Source of the DNA: Capsulimonadaceae bacterium
GTDB taxonomy: Bacteria; Armatimonadota; Armatimonadia; Armatimonadales; Capsulimonadaceae
Direction of reading: 5' to 3'
DNA length: 64,000 nt
Assembly (NCBI GenBank): GCA_965215505.1
Contig: OZ244065.1
Coordinates: 224,001-288,000, forward strand
The notes beneath the pieces are model-generated. The model had not been told where the DNA came from and made no database searches. It saw nothing but the letters and a program-made list of their open reading frames with translations. The translations under genes and the position numbers were made by a program. Of this stretch, positions 55,751 through 64,000 are shown piece after piece; the stretch's first letter is position 1; every line of letters begins with the position of its first letter.

Positions 55751-56512
55751 ATGCCGATCCGACAATCCGTGTCTTGGTGGTGCTTCGCGAATCGTGGCGT
55801 CTCCGACGACGACCTGCTGCGCCAGGCCAAATCCATCGGCTATGAGGCCGTCGAGCTGATCGGCGAGGAGCTGTTCGACCGGGCACGCGACGCGGGACTT
55901 GCCATCGCCTCGCACGGCGGGCATCAGGGCATCGAGCGCGGCCTGAACGACGTGGCCGAACACGACCGGATCGAGGGCGAGATCATGCGTAATCTCGCCC
56001 TCGCCCAGCGATACCAGATCCCCAACCTGATCGTCTTCAGCGGCAGCCGCCGTCCGGGCCTGTCCGAGGAAGAGGGGATCGAGAACACCACGCTCGGCCT
56101 GTCCCGCGTCAAGGCCGCCGCCGAGTCGGCCGGGGTCAACCTCGTGATCGAGCTGCTCAACAGCAAAGTGGACCACGCGGGCTATCAGTGCGACCACACC
56201 GCCTGGGGCACTGAAGTCTGCCGCCGCGTCGCCTCGCCGCGCGTCGGTTTGCTCTACGACATCTACCACATGCAGATCATGGAGGGCGACGTCATTGCCA
56301 CCATCGGGGAGCATCACGCCCACTTCCTGCACTACCATACGGCGGGCGTCCCCGGCCGGCACGACTTAGATGACGCGCAGGAGCTGAACTATCCGCCGAT
56401 CCTCAAGGCCGTCGCCGCCACCGGCTACGGCGGCTATGTCGGCCACGAATTCATCCCCAAGGGCGACCCGGTCGCGGCCCTGGAAGCGGCTTATCGCCTG
56501 TGTGCGGTGTGA
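55751..56512 (+). CDS. hydroxypyruvate isomerase family protein
   Basis: [48 protein letters not shown]. Confidence 0.9.
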   Translation: MPIRQSVSWWCFANRGVSDDDLLRQAKSIGYEAVELIGEELFDRARDAGLAIASHGGHQGIERGLNDVAEHDRIEGEIMRNLALAQRYQIPNLIVFSGSRRPGLSEEEGIENTTLGLSRVKAAAESAGVNLVIELLNSKVDHAGYQCDHTAWGTEVCRRVASPRVGLLYDIYHMQIMEGDVIATIGEHHAHFLHYHTAGVPGRHDLDDAQELNYPPILKAVAATGYGGYVGHEFIPKGDPVAALEAAYRLCAV

Positions 56513-56631
56513 AACGGCTGCATCTTCCGGGTACGCCTCATCAATCTGGTCGGCCCGACTTGGCGGTCGGGGCCGCCGCGATGACGTGGGTGGATGTACA
56601 AGTGCAACGTAACTGTCGGTTGGGGTGTGGG

Positions 56632-57213
56632 CTAGATGGCGGCGGAGCTGGCTCCCACGCGCAGCGCCAGTTCTTTGAGGCCGTTCACCCTGAGCGTCTG
56701 GACGTAGCCGTCGGCGTTCTTCGGCGGGTTCAGCAGGGAGGCCCGGTGCGACCGAACGGTTTGCAGGAAGAGGTCGGGTTCATCATCAAAGAGTGCTGAA
56801 AGAAAAACGTCAGGATGCAGCGGTTCGATGCCATACATCTCCAGCGTGGCAGCGGGGAAGTCCGACAGGTTGAACGTGACGATCACCGCTACGCCGGCTT
56901 TGATCGCGGCTGCCAAAACATGACGGTCATTCGCATCCTGGAGGCGTAAGGTAGGAATGAGTTCCTCAAAGCTGGATACTACACAGTCGGGCGCGACCTG
57001 ATTCATCAGCCGGCGTGTGCGGTCCAGTTGTGCAGGCGTCACTCCCTGTTTGTCGGCCAACACGTTGCGTATCCATTCGGCATGAATCGCCTCGGTCATG
57101 CGCGGCGCGTAGGCTTCGACGCTGGCAAGCCACATCAATAGATCACGCAAGGAAGGGGGATAAAGAACGCAGGCGTCCAGGATGGCGACGGTTTTAGGCT
57201 CGGTGGGAGTCAT
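56632..57213 (-). CDS. PIN-domain toxin
   Basis: [36 protein letters not shown]. Confidence 0.88.
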   Translation of the reverse strand: MTPTEPKTVAILDACVLYPPSLRDLLMWLASVEAYAPRMTEAIHAEWIRNVLADKQGVTPAQLDRTRRLMNQVAPDCVVSSFEELIPTLRLQDANDRHVLAAAIKAGVAVIVTFNLSDFPAATLEMYGIEPLHPDVFLSALFDDEPDLFLQTVRSHRASLLNPPKNADGYVQTLRVNGLKELALRVGASSAAI

Positions 57214-57548
57214 CGGTACAGGCCAAGCCGCTCCGTTTCTGCCATGATCTCTCTTACCACGGCCTGCCGACGCTCCCGTTCCGCTTCGGTGAGGGGTTCC
57301 TGCGGCGGCGCATTCTTCCGGGCCTGCGCCATGTGAACACGGGCGGCGGCAACGGCCCTCATGTGTTGCAGTTGCTCTACCATGTCTTCATAGGTTTCCG
57401 TGTCCAGCAGCACGACCTCCGCGCGCCCGTTGACGGTCAGCACCTCCGGGGTACGGGTTTCCTTCAGGCGGGCGACGTGCGCCTTGTGGTTCCTGAGAAA
57501 GTCGGTCATGGAATGGATCTGTCTGGTGTCGAGCATGGCTTGCCTCAT
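57210..57548 (-). CDS. Phd/YefM-type antitoxin
   Basis: IHSMTDFLRN; PEVLTVNGRAEVVL.D...YE; ATGA overlap with PIN gene. Confidence 0.85.
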   Translation of the reverse strand: MRQAMLDTRQIHSMTDFLRNHKAHVARLKETRTPEVLTVNGRAEVVLLDTETYEDMVEQLQHMRAVAAARVHMAQARKNAPPQEPLTEAERERRQAVVREIMAETERLGLYR

Positions 57549-57746
57549 CTATGCAGATTATCGTCGAACAGCCCTCATATGATTATATGACGATTATCGA
57601 ACGATACTATGGTAGCACAATCTTGACACCGAATCAATCCGAGCGGCGGAACTAATCGCCGTCTAAGTGATGCGGCACCGGCAGGGAGGAAACCGCCGCG
57701 CGTCCATAGAACTGTGTGTCAGTTCAACCCTGGAGACAGATCGCCC

Positions 57747-59315
57747 ATGTGTTCCCCCTCCCGCCTGAGCCGCCGCGCCTTCCTACAGGGCGCGGGGGCG
57801 GCCACGACCCTGCTGCTGCTGCCCGGAGCGGCCGAGCGCGCCTGGGCCTTGTTCCAGTCACCCGATGCGGTCGCGGCGGTGATCGGCCTGGCCCTGGCCG
57901 AAGCCAAACGCGCGGGCGCGGACTACGCCGACATCCGGCTCGTCCGCACACGCACCCAGAGCCTCTACGCCCGGAACGAGCGCATGGCGTACCTGGGCGA
58001 CGACGCCGACTACGGCTACGGCATCCGGTGCCTGGCCCGAGGCGCGTGGGGCTTCGCCAGCGGCAACGACCTGTCGCCCGAAGCCGTGCGCCGGACCGCC
58101 CGCAAGGCCGCCGAGATCGCCAGGGCCAGTGCCCTCGTCAGGAAGGGCGCGGGCGTCCGCCTGGCCCCCGAGCCGCCGCACCAGGGCGAGTACCGGACGC
58201 CCCGCGTCAAGGACCCCTTCAGCATCCCGATGGATACCAAGAGCGCGCTGCTGCTCGGGGCGTGCGCGGCCATGCGGAAGGTGCCCGAGGTCAAAGTCGC
58301 TAGCGGGAGCCTGACCTTCTACGCCTCGGACAAGCACTTCGCCTCGACCGAGGGTGCCCGCCTGCATGTGGACTCGCTCATCAGCGATGCCGGCATCGGC
58401 GCGACGGCGGTCGGCGGGGACGACCAGCAGGACCGCTCGCTCAACCTGGGCGCGGTCAACGCCGGCTGGGAGTGGATCGAGGCCGGCGACCTGCTCGGCC
58501 AGGCCCCGCGCGTCGCCGCCGAGGCCAAAGAGAAACTCGCCGCCGACGCCGCCCCCGAGGGCAGGCGCGACCTGGTCCTCGACCCTGAACACCTGCACCT
58601 GGTGGTCCACGAGTCTGCGGGCCATGCGACCGAGTTGGACCGGCTGCTGGGCTTCGAGGCCGACTTCGCCGGCACCTGCTGGATCGACCCCAAGCAGGCC
58701 GGCAGCCTGAAGTTCGGCAGCAAAGACGTCACCATCGTCGCCGACAACCTGGACCCGCTCGGGGTGGCCTCGACGGGCTGGGACGACGACGGGGTGGCGT
58801 GCCAGAAGTGGGACATCGTGCGCGCGGGCACCCTGGTCGGCTTCTCCGACAACCGCGAGATCGCGGCGCTGGCGGGCGAGGCCCGCTCGCACGGGTCGAG
58901 CCGCGCCGACGGTTGGGGGTCCGTTCCCATCGTCCGCATCGCGAACGTCGGTCTGGCCCCCGGCCCGGACGGCGTCACCCCCGACGACCTGATCGGGGAC
59001 GTCAAGGACGGCGTGTACATCGAGGGGACGGGCACTTGGTCAATCGACCAGCGCCGCCTGAACATGCAGTTCGGCGGCGACATGTTCCACCGCATCAAGA
59101 ACGGCAAAAAGGCCGGGATGCTCAAGGACGTGGTCTACCGGGCCATCGCGCCCGAACTCTGGGGGTCCTGCGACGGGGTCGCCGGCCCCAAGTTCCACCG
59201 CGGCTTCGGCGTGCTGAACTGCGGCAAGGGCCAGCCGGAGCAGACCGGGCGAATGACCCACGCCGCCGCGCACGCGCGTTTCCGCGGCGTCACCGTCGGA
59301 AAGGCCAAGGCATGA
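57747..59315 (+). CDS. tldD: TldD metalloprotease with Tat signal peptide
   Basis: SRRAFL Tat motif; HESAGHATELD; DDDGV; CGKGQP. Confidence 0.9.
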   Translation: MCSPSRLSRRAFLQGAGAATTLLLLPGAAERAWALFQSPDAVAAVIGLALAEAKRAGADYADIRLVRTRTQSLYARNERMAYLGDDADYGYGIRCLARGAWGFASGNDLSPEAVRRTARKAAEIARASALVRKGAGVRLAPEPPHQGEYRTPRVKDPFSIPMDTKSALLLGACAAMRKVPEVKVASGSLTFYASDKHFASTEGARLHVDSLISDAGIGATAVGGDDQQDRSLNLGAVNAGWEWIEAGDLLGQAPRVAAEAKEKLAADAAPEGRRDLVLDPEHLHLVVHESAGHATELDRLLGFEADFAGTCWIDPKQAGSLKFGSKDVTIVADNLDPLGVASTGWDDDGVACQKWDIVRAGTLVGFSDNREIAALAGEARSHGSSRADGWGSVPIVRIANVGLAPGPDGVTPDDLIGDVKDGVYIEGTGTWSIDQRRLNMQFGGDMFHRIKNGKKAGMLKDVVYRAIAPELWGSCDGVAGPKFHRGFGVLNCGKGQPEQTGRMTHAAAHARFRGVTVGKAKA

Positions 59316-60643
59316 CCATGAGCGCCGACCTGAAACTGATGGACGCCGACCGGGCGCACGCGCTCGCGCGGCAGGCACTAAAACATGTGACCGTGGAAGA
59401 CGCCGTCGTGACCGTCTACGACGGGCGCAATGCCGTCACCCGGTTCGCGGGCGACGCCATCACGCAGAATGTTGATACCGGCGGCCTCTTCCTGTCCGTC
59501 TCGGTCGCCCAGGGCGGTCGGCGCGGCGCGGCCTCGGCGGCGACGACCTCGCCCGACGACATCGCCGCCGCCGTGCGCCGCGCCGAGGAGATCGCCCGGC
59601 TCGCCCCGCCCGACCCCGAGTACCTGCCGCCGCTCGGGCCGCAGGCCTACGGCACGCCCCCGGCGGCCGCCTTCGACGAGGCGACGAACGACCTGTCGCC
59701 CGAGGTCCGGGCGCGGCAGGTGCAGAAGATCGTGGCGGGCGCCCGCGCGGCCGGGCTGTCCGCCTCCGGCACCGTCGAGAGCGGCGGGGGCGCGCAGGCC
59801 ATCGCCACCTCGCGCGGACTGTTCGCGTTCTTCCGGAACACGAGCGCCGCCGCCGGCTGCACGCTCACGGGCCGGGACAGCACCGGCTGGGCGCGGACAG
59901 CCGCCCCAGACATGTCCGGGATCGACGCGGACGCCCTGGTCGCGGACGCCGTCCGGCAGGCCCGGCTCGGGGCCGCGCCGCGCGCCCTCGCGCCGGGCCG
60001 GTACACGACCATCCTCCTGCCCCCCGCCGTCGGCGCGATCGTCGGGCCGGTCGTTGAAGGCGTCTCCGCGCGGGGGGCTGAGGAGGGCGTCACCTTCCTC
60101 ACCGGCAAAGTCGGGCAGAAGCTGGTCGGGTCGAACATCACCCTGCGCTCCGAGCCGTTCCACCCGCTCATGCCAGACACGCCGTTCGACGGCGGCGGCG
60201 TCCCCGTGGCGGCACAGACCTGGATCGACAGGGGCGTCTTCCAGCGCCTGAGCTACGACCGCTTCCGGGCCAAGAAGGCGGGCGTCGCCCCCAACCCGCT
60301 GTCGTCCAGTCTGCTCCTGGAGGGCACGGACAAGAGCATCGAGGACTTGATCAAAGGGACCGAGCGCGGCGTGCTGCTGACGCACTTCTGGTATGTGCGC
60401 GCCATCAAGCCGAAGGAGACGACCCAGACGGGGATGACGCGCGACTCGCTGTTCTGGATCGAGGACGGCAAGATCGCCTACGGGCTGAAGCACATGCGCT
60501 GGAACGAGTCCAGCCTGCGCGTCCTCTCCAATGTCCTGGACCTGTCGCGCCCTCGGCCCGCCGTTGACGCGGAACTGGGCCTGTGCCTGATGCCCGCCGT
60601 CAAAGTGGCCGACTTCAACTTCGTGAGCGGCACGGATTTCTAG
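59312..60643 (+). CDS. TldE/PmbA subunit
   Basis: TRFAGDAITQN; PGRYTTIL.P; FWYVR; TGMTRD; no HExxH; ATGA overlap with tldD. Confidence 0.88.
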   Translation: MTMSADLKLMDADRAHALARQALKHVTVEDAVVTVYDGRNAVTRFAGDAITQNVDTGGLFLSVSVAQGGRRGAASAATTSPDDIAAAVRRAEEIARLAPPDPEYLPPLGPQAYGTPPAAAFDEATNDLSPEVRARQVQKIVAGARAAGLSASGTVESGGGAQAIATSRGLFAFFRNTSAAAGCTLTGRDSTGWARTAAPDMSGIDADALVADAVRQARLGAAPRALAPGRYTTILLPPAVGAIVGPVVEGVSARGAEEGVTFLTGKVGQKLVGSNITLRSEPFHPLMPDTPFDGGGVPVAAQTWIDRGVFQRLSYDRFRAKKAGVAPNPLSSSLLLEGTDKSIEDLIKGTERGVLLTHFWYVRAIKPKETTQTGMTRDSLFWIEDGKIAYGLKHMRWNESSLRVLSNVLDLSRPRPAVDAELGLCLMPAVKVADFNFVSGTDF

Positions 60644-60680
60644 TTCGTAAACGGCAGCGACAAGGCAGAGGAGATCAGAC

Positions 60681-61226
60681 ATGCGTTCACGGGAAATCTC
60701 ATCACGGAAAATCTTACTGACGACACTCCTCCCCGCCCTAGGGATGGCGGGGCCAGCTCTCCTGACTGGATGCGGGGGTGGGGGCGGCGGGGGCGGCACC
60801 CCCGCGCCGCTCTCCGCCTCCGCCCAGACGCCGGACGGCCTGACGGCGACGCTGACACAGCAGAAGTCCGCCATCGCGCAGGGCGGGACCGTCACCTACA
60901 CGCTGACCTTGACCAACACCACCAGCCAGGCCATTTCTTATGAGCAGTTCCAGGGCTGCGGCTACGCCGGCCGGGAGAACGCCCACCTCCGCATCACGAA
61001 CGCCGCCGGGGAAGTCGCCTACCCGGCGGACCAGAGCGGGGCCTGCGGCCCGGTGACGCCCTCGCCGCCCGCCCTTGCGCCGGGGGCGTCCGTGTCGGAC
61101 ACCTACACGCCGCCCGCCTCGGCCTTCACCGCCGGCCACTACACCGTCGTCGGCTCGTTCGACACGATCTCCGGGGATGAGGTCCTGCAAACCAACGTGG
61201 GGCCTCTGACGGTGGACGTGACGTGA
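60681..61226 (+). CDS. lipoprotein with BsuPI-like (proteinase-inhibitor-like) Ig fold
   Basis: LLTG-C lipobox plus poly-Gly; YTLTLTNTTSQAI...LRITNAAGEVAY...LAPGAS. Confidence 0.65.
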   Translation: MRSREISSRKILLTTLLPALGMAGPALLTGCGGGGGGGGTPAPLSASAQTPDGLTATLTQQKSAIAQGGTVTYTLTLTNTTSQAISYEQFQGCGYAGRENAHLRITNAAGEVAYPADQSGACGPVTPSPPALAPGASVSDTYTPPASAFTAGHYTVVGSFDTISGDEVLQTNVGPLTVDVT

Positions 61227-61324
61227 GAGGGACAGGATCGGCTCAGTCGCGGGCGACTCACCTGAAGAGTCCCAAAGGGAATGTCAAGCCGTGAAGGCCG
61301 AGAGATCCCAGGAAGGCATCACTC

Positions 61325-62161
61325 ATGTGTTCACGTCTCAAGTCCACCTTCGCCCTCCTCGCCGCCGTGGGACTGGCCGCCTGGGCTGCGGCCCCCGCCC
61401 AGGCCCAAGACCTCGTCCGTGACGGGGGCTTCGAGCAGGCGCGTCCCGGTCCCCATGACGCGCTCGGCAATTTCGGTTCCAGAGACTTGGGCGACGGGTG
61501 GTTCGCCAGCAATGGGATCGTCTTCGTCAGTGACAACTCTCCCGCTCCGCTGTATTCCCACAGCGGCGCTCAATGCCTGGAAATCTTCTACAAGGGCGGC
61601 CAAGTCACCCAGAGCCTGAACACGGTCGCCGGCCAAACATACACGCTCTCATTCTATGCGGCCTCCGCAGACCCGACCAACTACATCGGCGTTCAGTTCG
61701 GCGGCGACTTCCTGCCGATCCCCGGACCCGTGCCGGCTAACGGTGCCGGGGACCCCTCCGACTTCACTTTCTACTCCCTCACCGTGACCGCCAAGTCCAG
61801 CAAGAGCGACCTGATTTTCACACAATACACGGAGAGGGCGACCGTCTACTTCGACGACATCAGCGTGACAAACGTCCCGGCATTGTCTTCCCTGACGTTC
61901 CCCGCCCCGGTCCCCGGAGGGACCGTCATTACAGCCACCGTCGCGCTCGGCGGAGCCGCCCCCGCCGATAACGTCGTCAGCCTATCCAGCAGCGACTCGT
62001 CGGTCGCGCGCCTGCGCCCGGCCGTGACTGTGCCGGCGGGGTCCAGCAGCGCCTCATTCGAGGTCGACACCTACCGAAGCCACGTCACCAAGACGGTGAC
62101 GATCAGGGCGACGCTGGGAGGAGTGGTCTTGACGAAGGACCTAACGATCACAGGAAGATAA
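61325..62161 (+). CDS. secreted protein: DUF642/CBM-like domain + shared C-terminal domain
   Basis: Signal peptide ending AQA; DLVRDGGFE; VTQSLNTVAGQTYTLSFYA; FDDISV. Confidence 0.8.
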   Translation: MCSRLKSTFALLAAVGLAAWAAAPAQAQDLVRDGGFEQARPGPHDALGNFGSRDLGDGWFASNGIVFVSDNSPAPLYSHSGAQCLEIFYKGGQVTQSLNTVAGQTYTLSFYAASADPTNYIGVQFGGDFLPIPGPVPANGAGDPSDFTFYSLTVTAKSSKSDLIFTQYTERATVYFDDISVTNVPALSSLTFPAPVPGGTVITATVALGGAAPADNVVSLSSSDSSVARLRPAVTVPAGSSSASFEVDTYRSHVTKTVTIRATLGGVVLTKDLTITGR

Positions 62162-62299
62162 ACCGGGCGGAAGATGAACCGGGCGGATTGTTCTTCTCGG
62201 GCCGGTGTTCAAGGTCGTTGGTCGGTCGCTGACGATCCGCTTCTCGCCCATCCGCCGGAGCCGGTGCTTGACTGATGTTACGCAGGCCGTGCGCCGTGC

Positions 62300-62443
62300 C
62301 GATTGGTTGAAAACCACTCGCTAGGAGGGGTGTCCTTCGGACACCCGAGATGGCCCCGAGATGGCCCCTTAGCGGCAGGGACATCCGGCACCCACATTCC
62401 CGTTCGCAGAACGCTTCTCCGAGCGAGTGGTTTTCAATCACTC
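62300..62443. repeat. REPIN-like element (CGAGTG family), degenerate copy 3
   Basis: CGATTGGTTGAAAACCACTCG ... CGAGTGGTTTTCAATCACTC; inner GGGTGTCC-TTC-GGACACCC. Confidence 0.75.
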
Positions 62444-62541
62444 TCGCTCCGCCGAGGCATCGCACTAGGGAGAGGCGGCAGACGGTGCGTAACATCAGTG
62501 CTTAAGTCAAACCTCATCCCGGCGGGTACTTAGCAGGATTT

Positions 62542-62692
62542 ATGGCCGGCGACACAATCCGCACCAACGGCGAGCAGTACTCCCGCTCCCTGTTCCTGCA
62601 CGGGCTACGGCGGCTATGTCGGTCCCGAGTTCATCCCCAAGGGCGACCCCGCCGCGGCCCTGGAAGCGGCGAATCCCCTTTGCGGCGTGTGA
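62542..62692 (+). pseudogene. remnant of the 3' part of the hydroxypyruvate-isomerase-like gene
   Basis: 62603-62692 matches 56423-56512 at 78/90 nt without gaps; upstream MAGDTIRTNGEQ resembles [12 protein letters not shown]. Confidence 0.85.
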
Positions 62693-62747
62693 CGGGCAGG
62701 AAATCGGCGGACGGACGGGGAAACTATACGGAAGGAAGATCAAGATC

Positions 62748-64000
62748 ATGCCTCCGTATTTGCTGCGCTCCCTCCGCGTCCTGTCACTGCTGACGCTCGC
62801 CCTCCTGACGCCCGCCCTCGTGCCAGGGTCCTACGCCGCCGACCCCGTCCGCCTCGTCATCTGGGGCATGGAGTCGAGCGCCGAGTCCAAAGACATGGAC
62901 GCCAAGATCGCCGTCTTCGAGCAGCGCCACCCCGACATCAAGATCTCCGCCCTGTCCATGGGGGCGGGCGCGATGAACCCCCAGAAGCTGATGACGGCCA
63001 TCGTCGGCGGCGTCCCCCCCGACCTCGTCCAGCAGGACCGGTTCACCATCGGCGACTGGGCCAGCCGGGACGCCTTCCGGCCGCTCGACGACATGCTCAA
63101 AGAGGACGCCGCCTCGGCAGACCCCCTCGCCATCCACGAAAAAGACTATGTCCCGGCGGCCTGGACCGAGACGCTCTACAAAGGCCACGTTTACGCCATC
63201 CCGAACGACACCGACGACCGCGTGCTCTTCTACAACCGGACGCTGTTCCGGGAAGCCGGGCTGGACCCGGACAAGCCCCCGCAGACCTGGGAGGAGCTGA
63301 TCACGGACGCGAAGAAGCTGACCAAGCGCTCGCCGAACGGCGGCTTCGAGCGGATGGGGTTCGTCCCGCTCTTCGGGCAGGGCTGGCTCTACCTCTGGTC
63401 CTGGCAGGAGGACGGCGAGGTCATGTCGGCGGACGGCCGCCGCTGCACCCTGGGCAACCCGCAGACCGTCAAGGCGCTCTCGGCCCTCGTCTCCTGGTAC
63501 GACGCCCTGGGCGGGGTGGACGCCATCAACGCCTTCTCCGGCGGCTTCGGCAGCGACGCCCAGGACCCGTTCATCACGGGCAAATTGGCGATGCGCGTCG
63601 AGGGCGACGGCTTCATGAACTCCGTCGCCCGGTACAGCCCGGACCTCGACTTCGCCGCCGCGCCGGTCCCCGTCCCCGAAGAGCGCCTGCACCACTCGGG
63701 GCGGTTCGCCCGCGACTCCACCTGGGTGACCTGGTCCGGCGGCCACTCGTTCGCCGTCCCGCGCGGCGCGAAGCACGTCCGCGAGGCCTGGAAGTTCATG
63801 CAGTGGTTCAACTCGCCCGAGGCGTCCCTGATCGGGGCTAAGGCCCAGGCGGCCTACGCGCGGGGCAAGGGTCGCCTGTACGTCCCGCCGCTGTTCGCCA
63901 ACATCCCCGCCAACCGGCTGGTCTTTGCGGCCTTCAAGTCCAGCCTGCCGCCCAAGTACATCCGGGCGAAGACGGTCAGCACGGACCTCCTGCCGCAGAC
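62748..64000 (+). CDS. sugar ABC transporter extracellular solute-binding protein (runs off window)
   Basis: Manual translation: MPPYLLRSL..AADPVRLVIWG...KLMTAIVGGVPPDL...YAIPNDTDDRVLFYNR.LF.EAGLDP..PPQTWEEL; open to window end. Confidence 0.88.
   Translation, partial: MPPYLLRSLRVLSLLTLALLTPALVPGSYAADPVRLVIWGMESSAESKDMDAKIAVFEQRHPDIKISALSMGAGAMNPQKLMTAIVGGVPPDLVQQDRFTIGDWASRDAFRPLDDMLKEDAASADPLAIHEKDYVPAAWTETLYKGHVYAIPNDTDDRVLFYNRTLFREAGLDPDKPPQTWEELITDAKKLTKRSPNGGFERMGFVPLFGQGWLYLWSWQEDGEVMSADGRRCTLGNPQTVKALSALVSWYDALGGVDAINAFSGGFGSDAQDPFITGKLAMRVEGDGFMNSVARYSPDLDFAAAPVPVPEERLHHSGRFARDSTWVTWSGGHSFAVPRGAKHVREAWKFMQWFNSPEASLIGAKAQAAYARGKGRLYVPPLFANIPANRLVFAAFKSSLPPKYIRAKTVSTDLLPQ

Overview
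High-GC bacterial chromosomal window. A DUF1559-type prepilin-like protein, poly-Gly lipoproteins, HAF-repeat proteins and CIRCE-regulated groESL fit Armatimonadota or a similar soil lineage; this taxonomy is inference. About 55 CDS. The left end holds a SWIM/DUF5691 operon (partial), a His-rich small protein + LRR-DUF6745-like + DUF4253 operon, and a complete five-gene STM4011-STM4015-type cluster (two radical SAMs, hydrolase, ATP-grasp, LRR) of unknown function. Next come CobB, a Tat metalloprotease, transporters, an ANTAR response regulator/GAF kinase pair with a sigma54-type promoter, RtcB, a secreted S8 protease, groES/groEL, toxin-antitoxin genes, PerR/Fur with an MbfA-like protein, Fkp, GH127, an RND pump, a Tat-signal TldD with TldE, and a partial ABC solute-binding protein. 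No rRNA, tRNA, CRISPR array, integrase or transposase was seen. Main observations: (1) two unrelated secreted proteins share a 94-aa C-terminal domain (57/94 identical, no gaps), a candidate sorting or anchoring signal; (2) the STM4011-15 cluster has its own promoter and sits among LRR/SWIM genes; (3) duplicated gene 3' ends or terminators bracket accessory DNA three times with no integrase; (4) two REP/REPIN-like repeat families, a ~200-nt structured element and a promoter-short RNA-terminator unit. Family names come from motif recognition by eye; no database searches were run.
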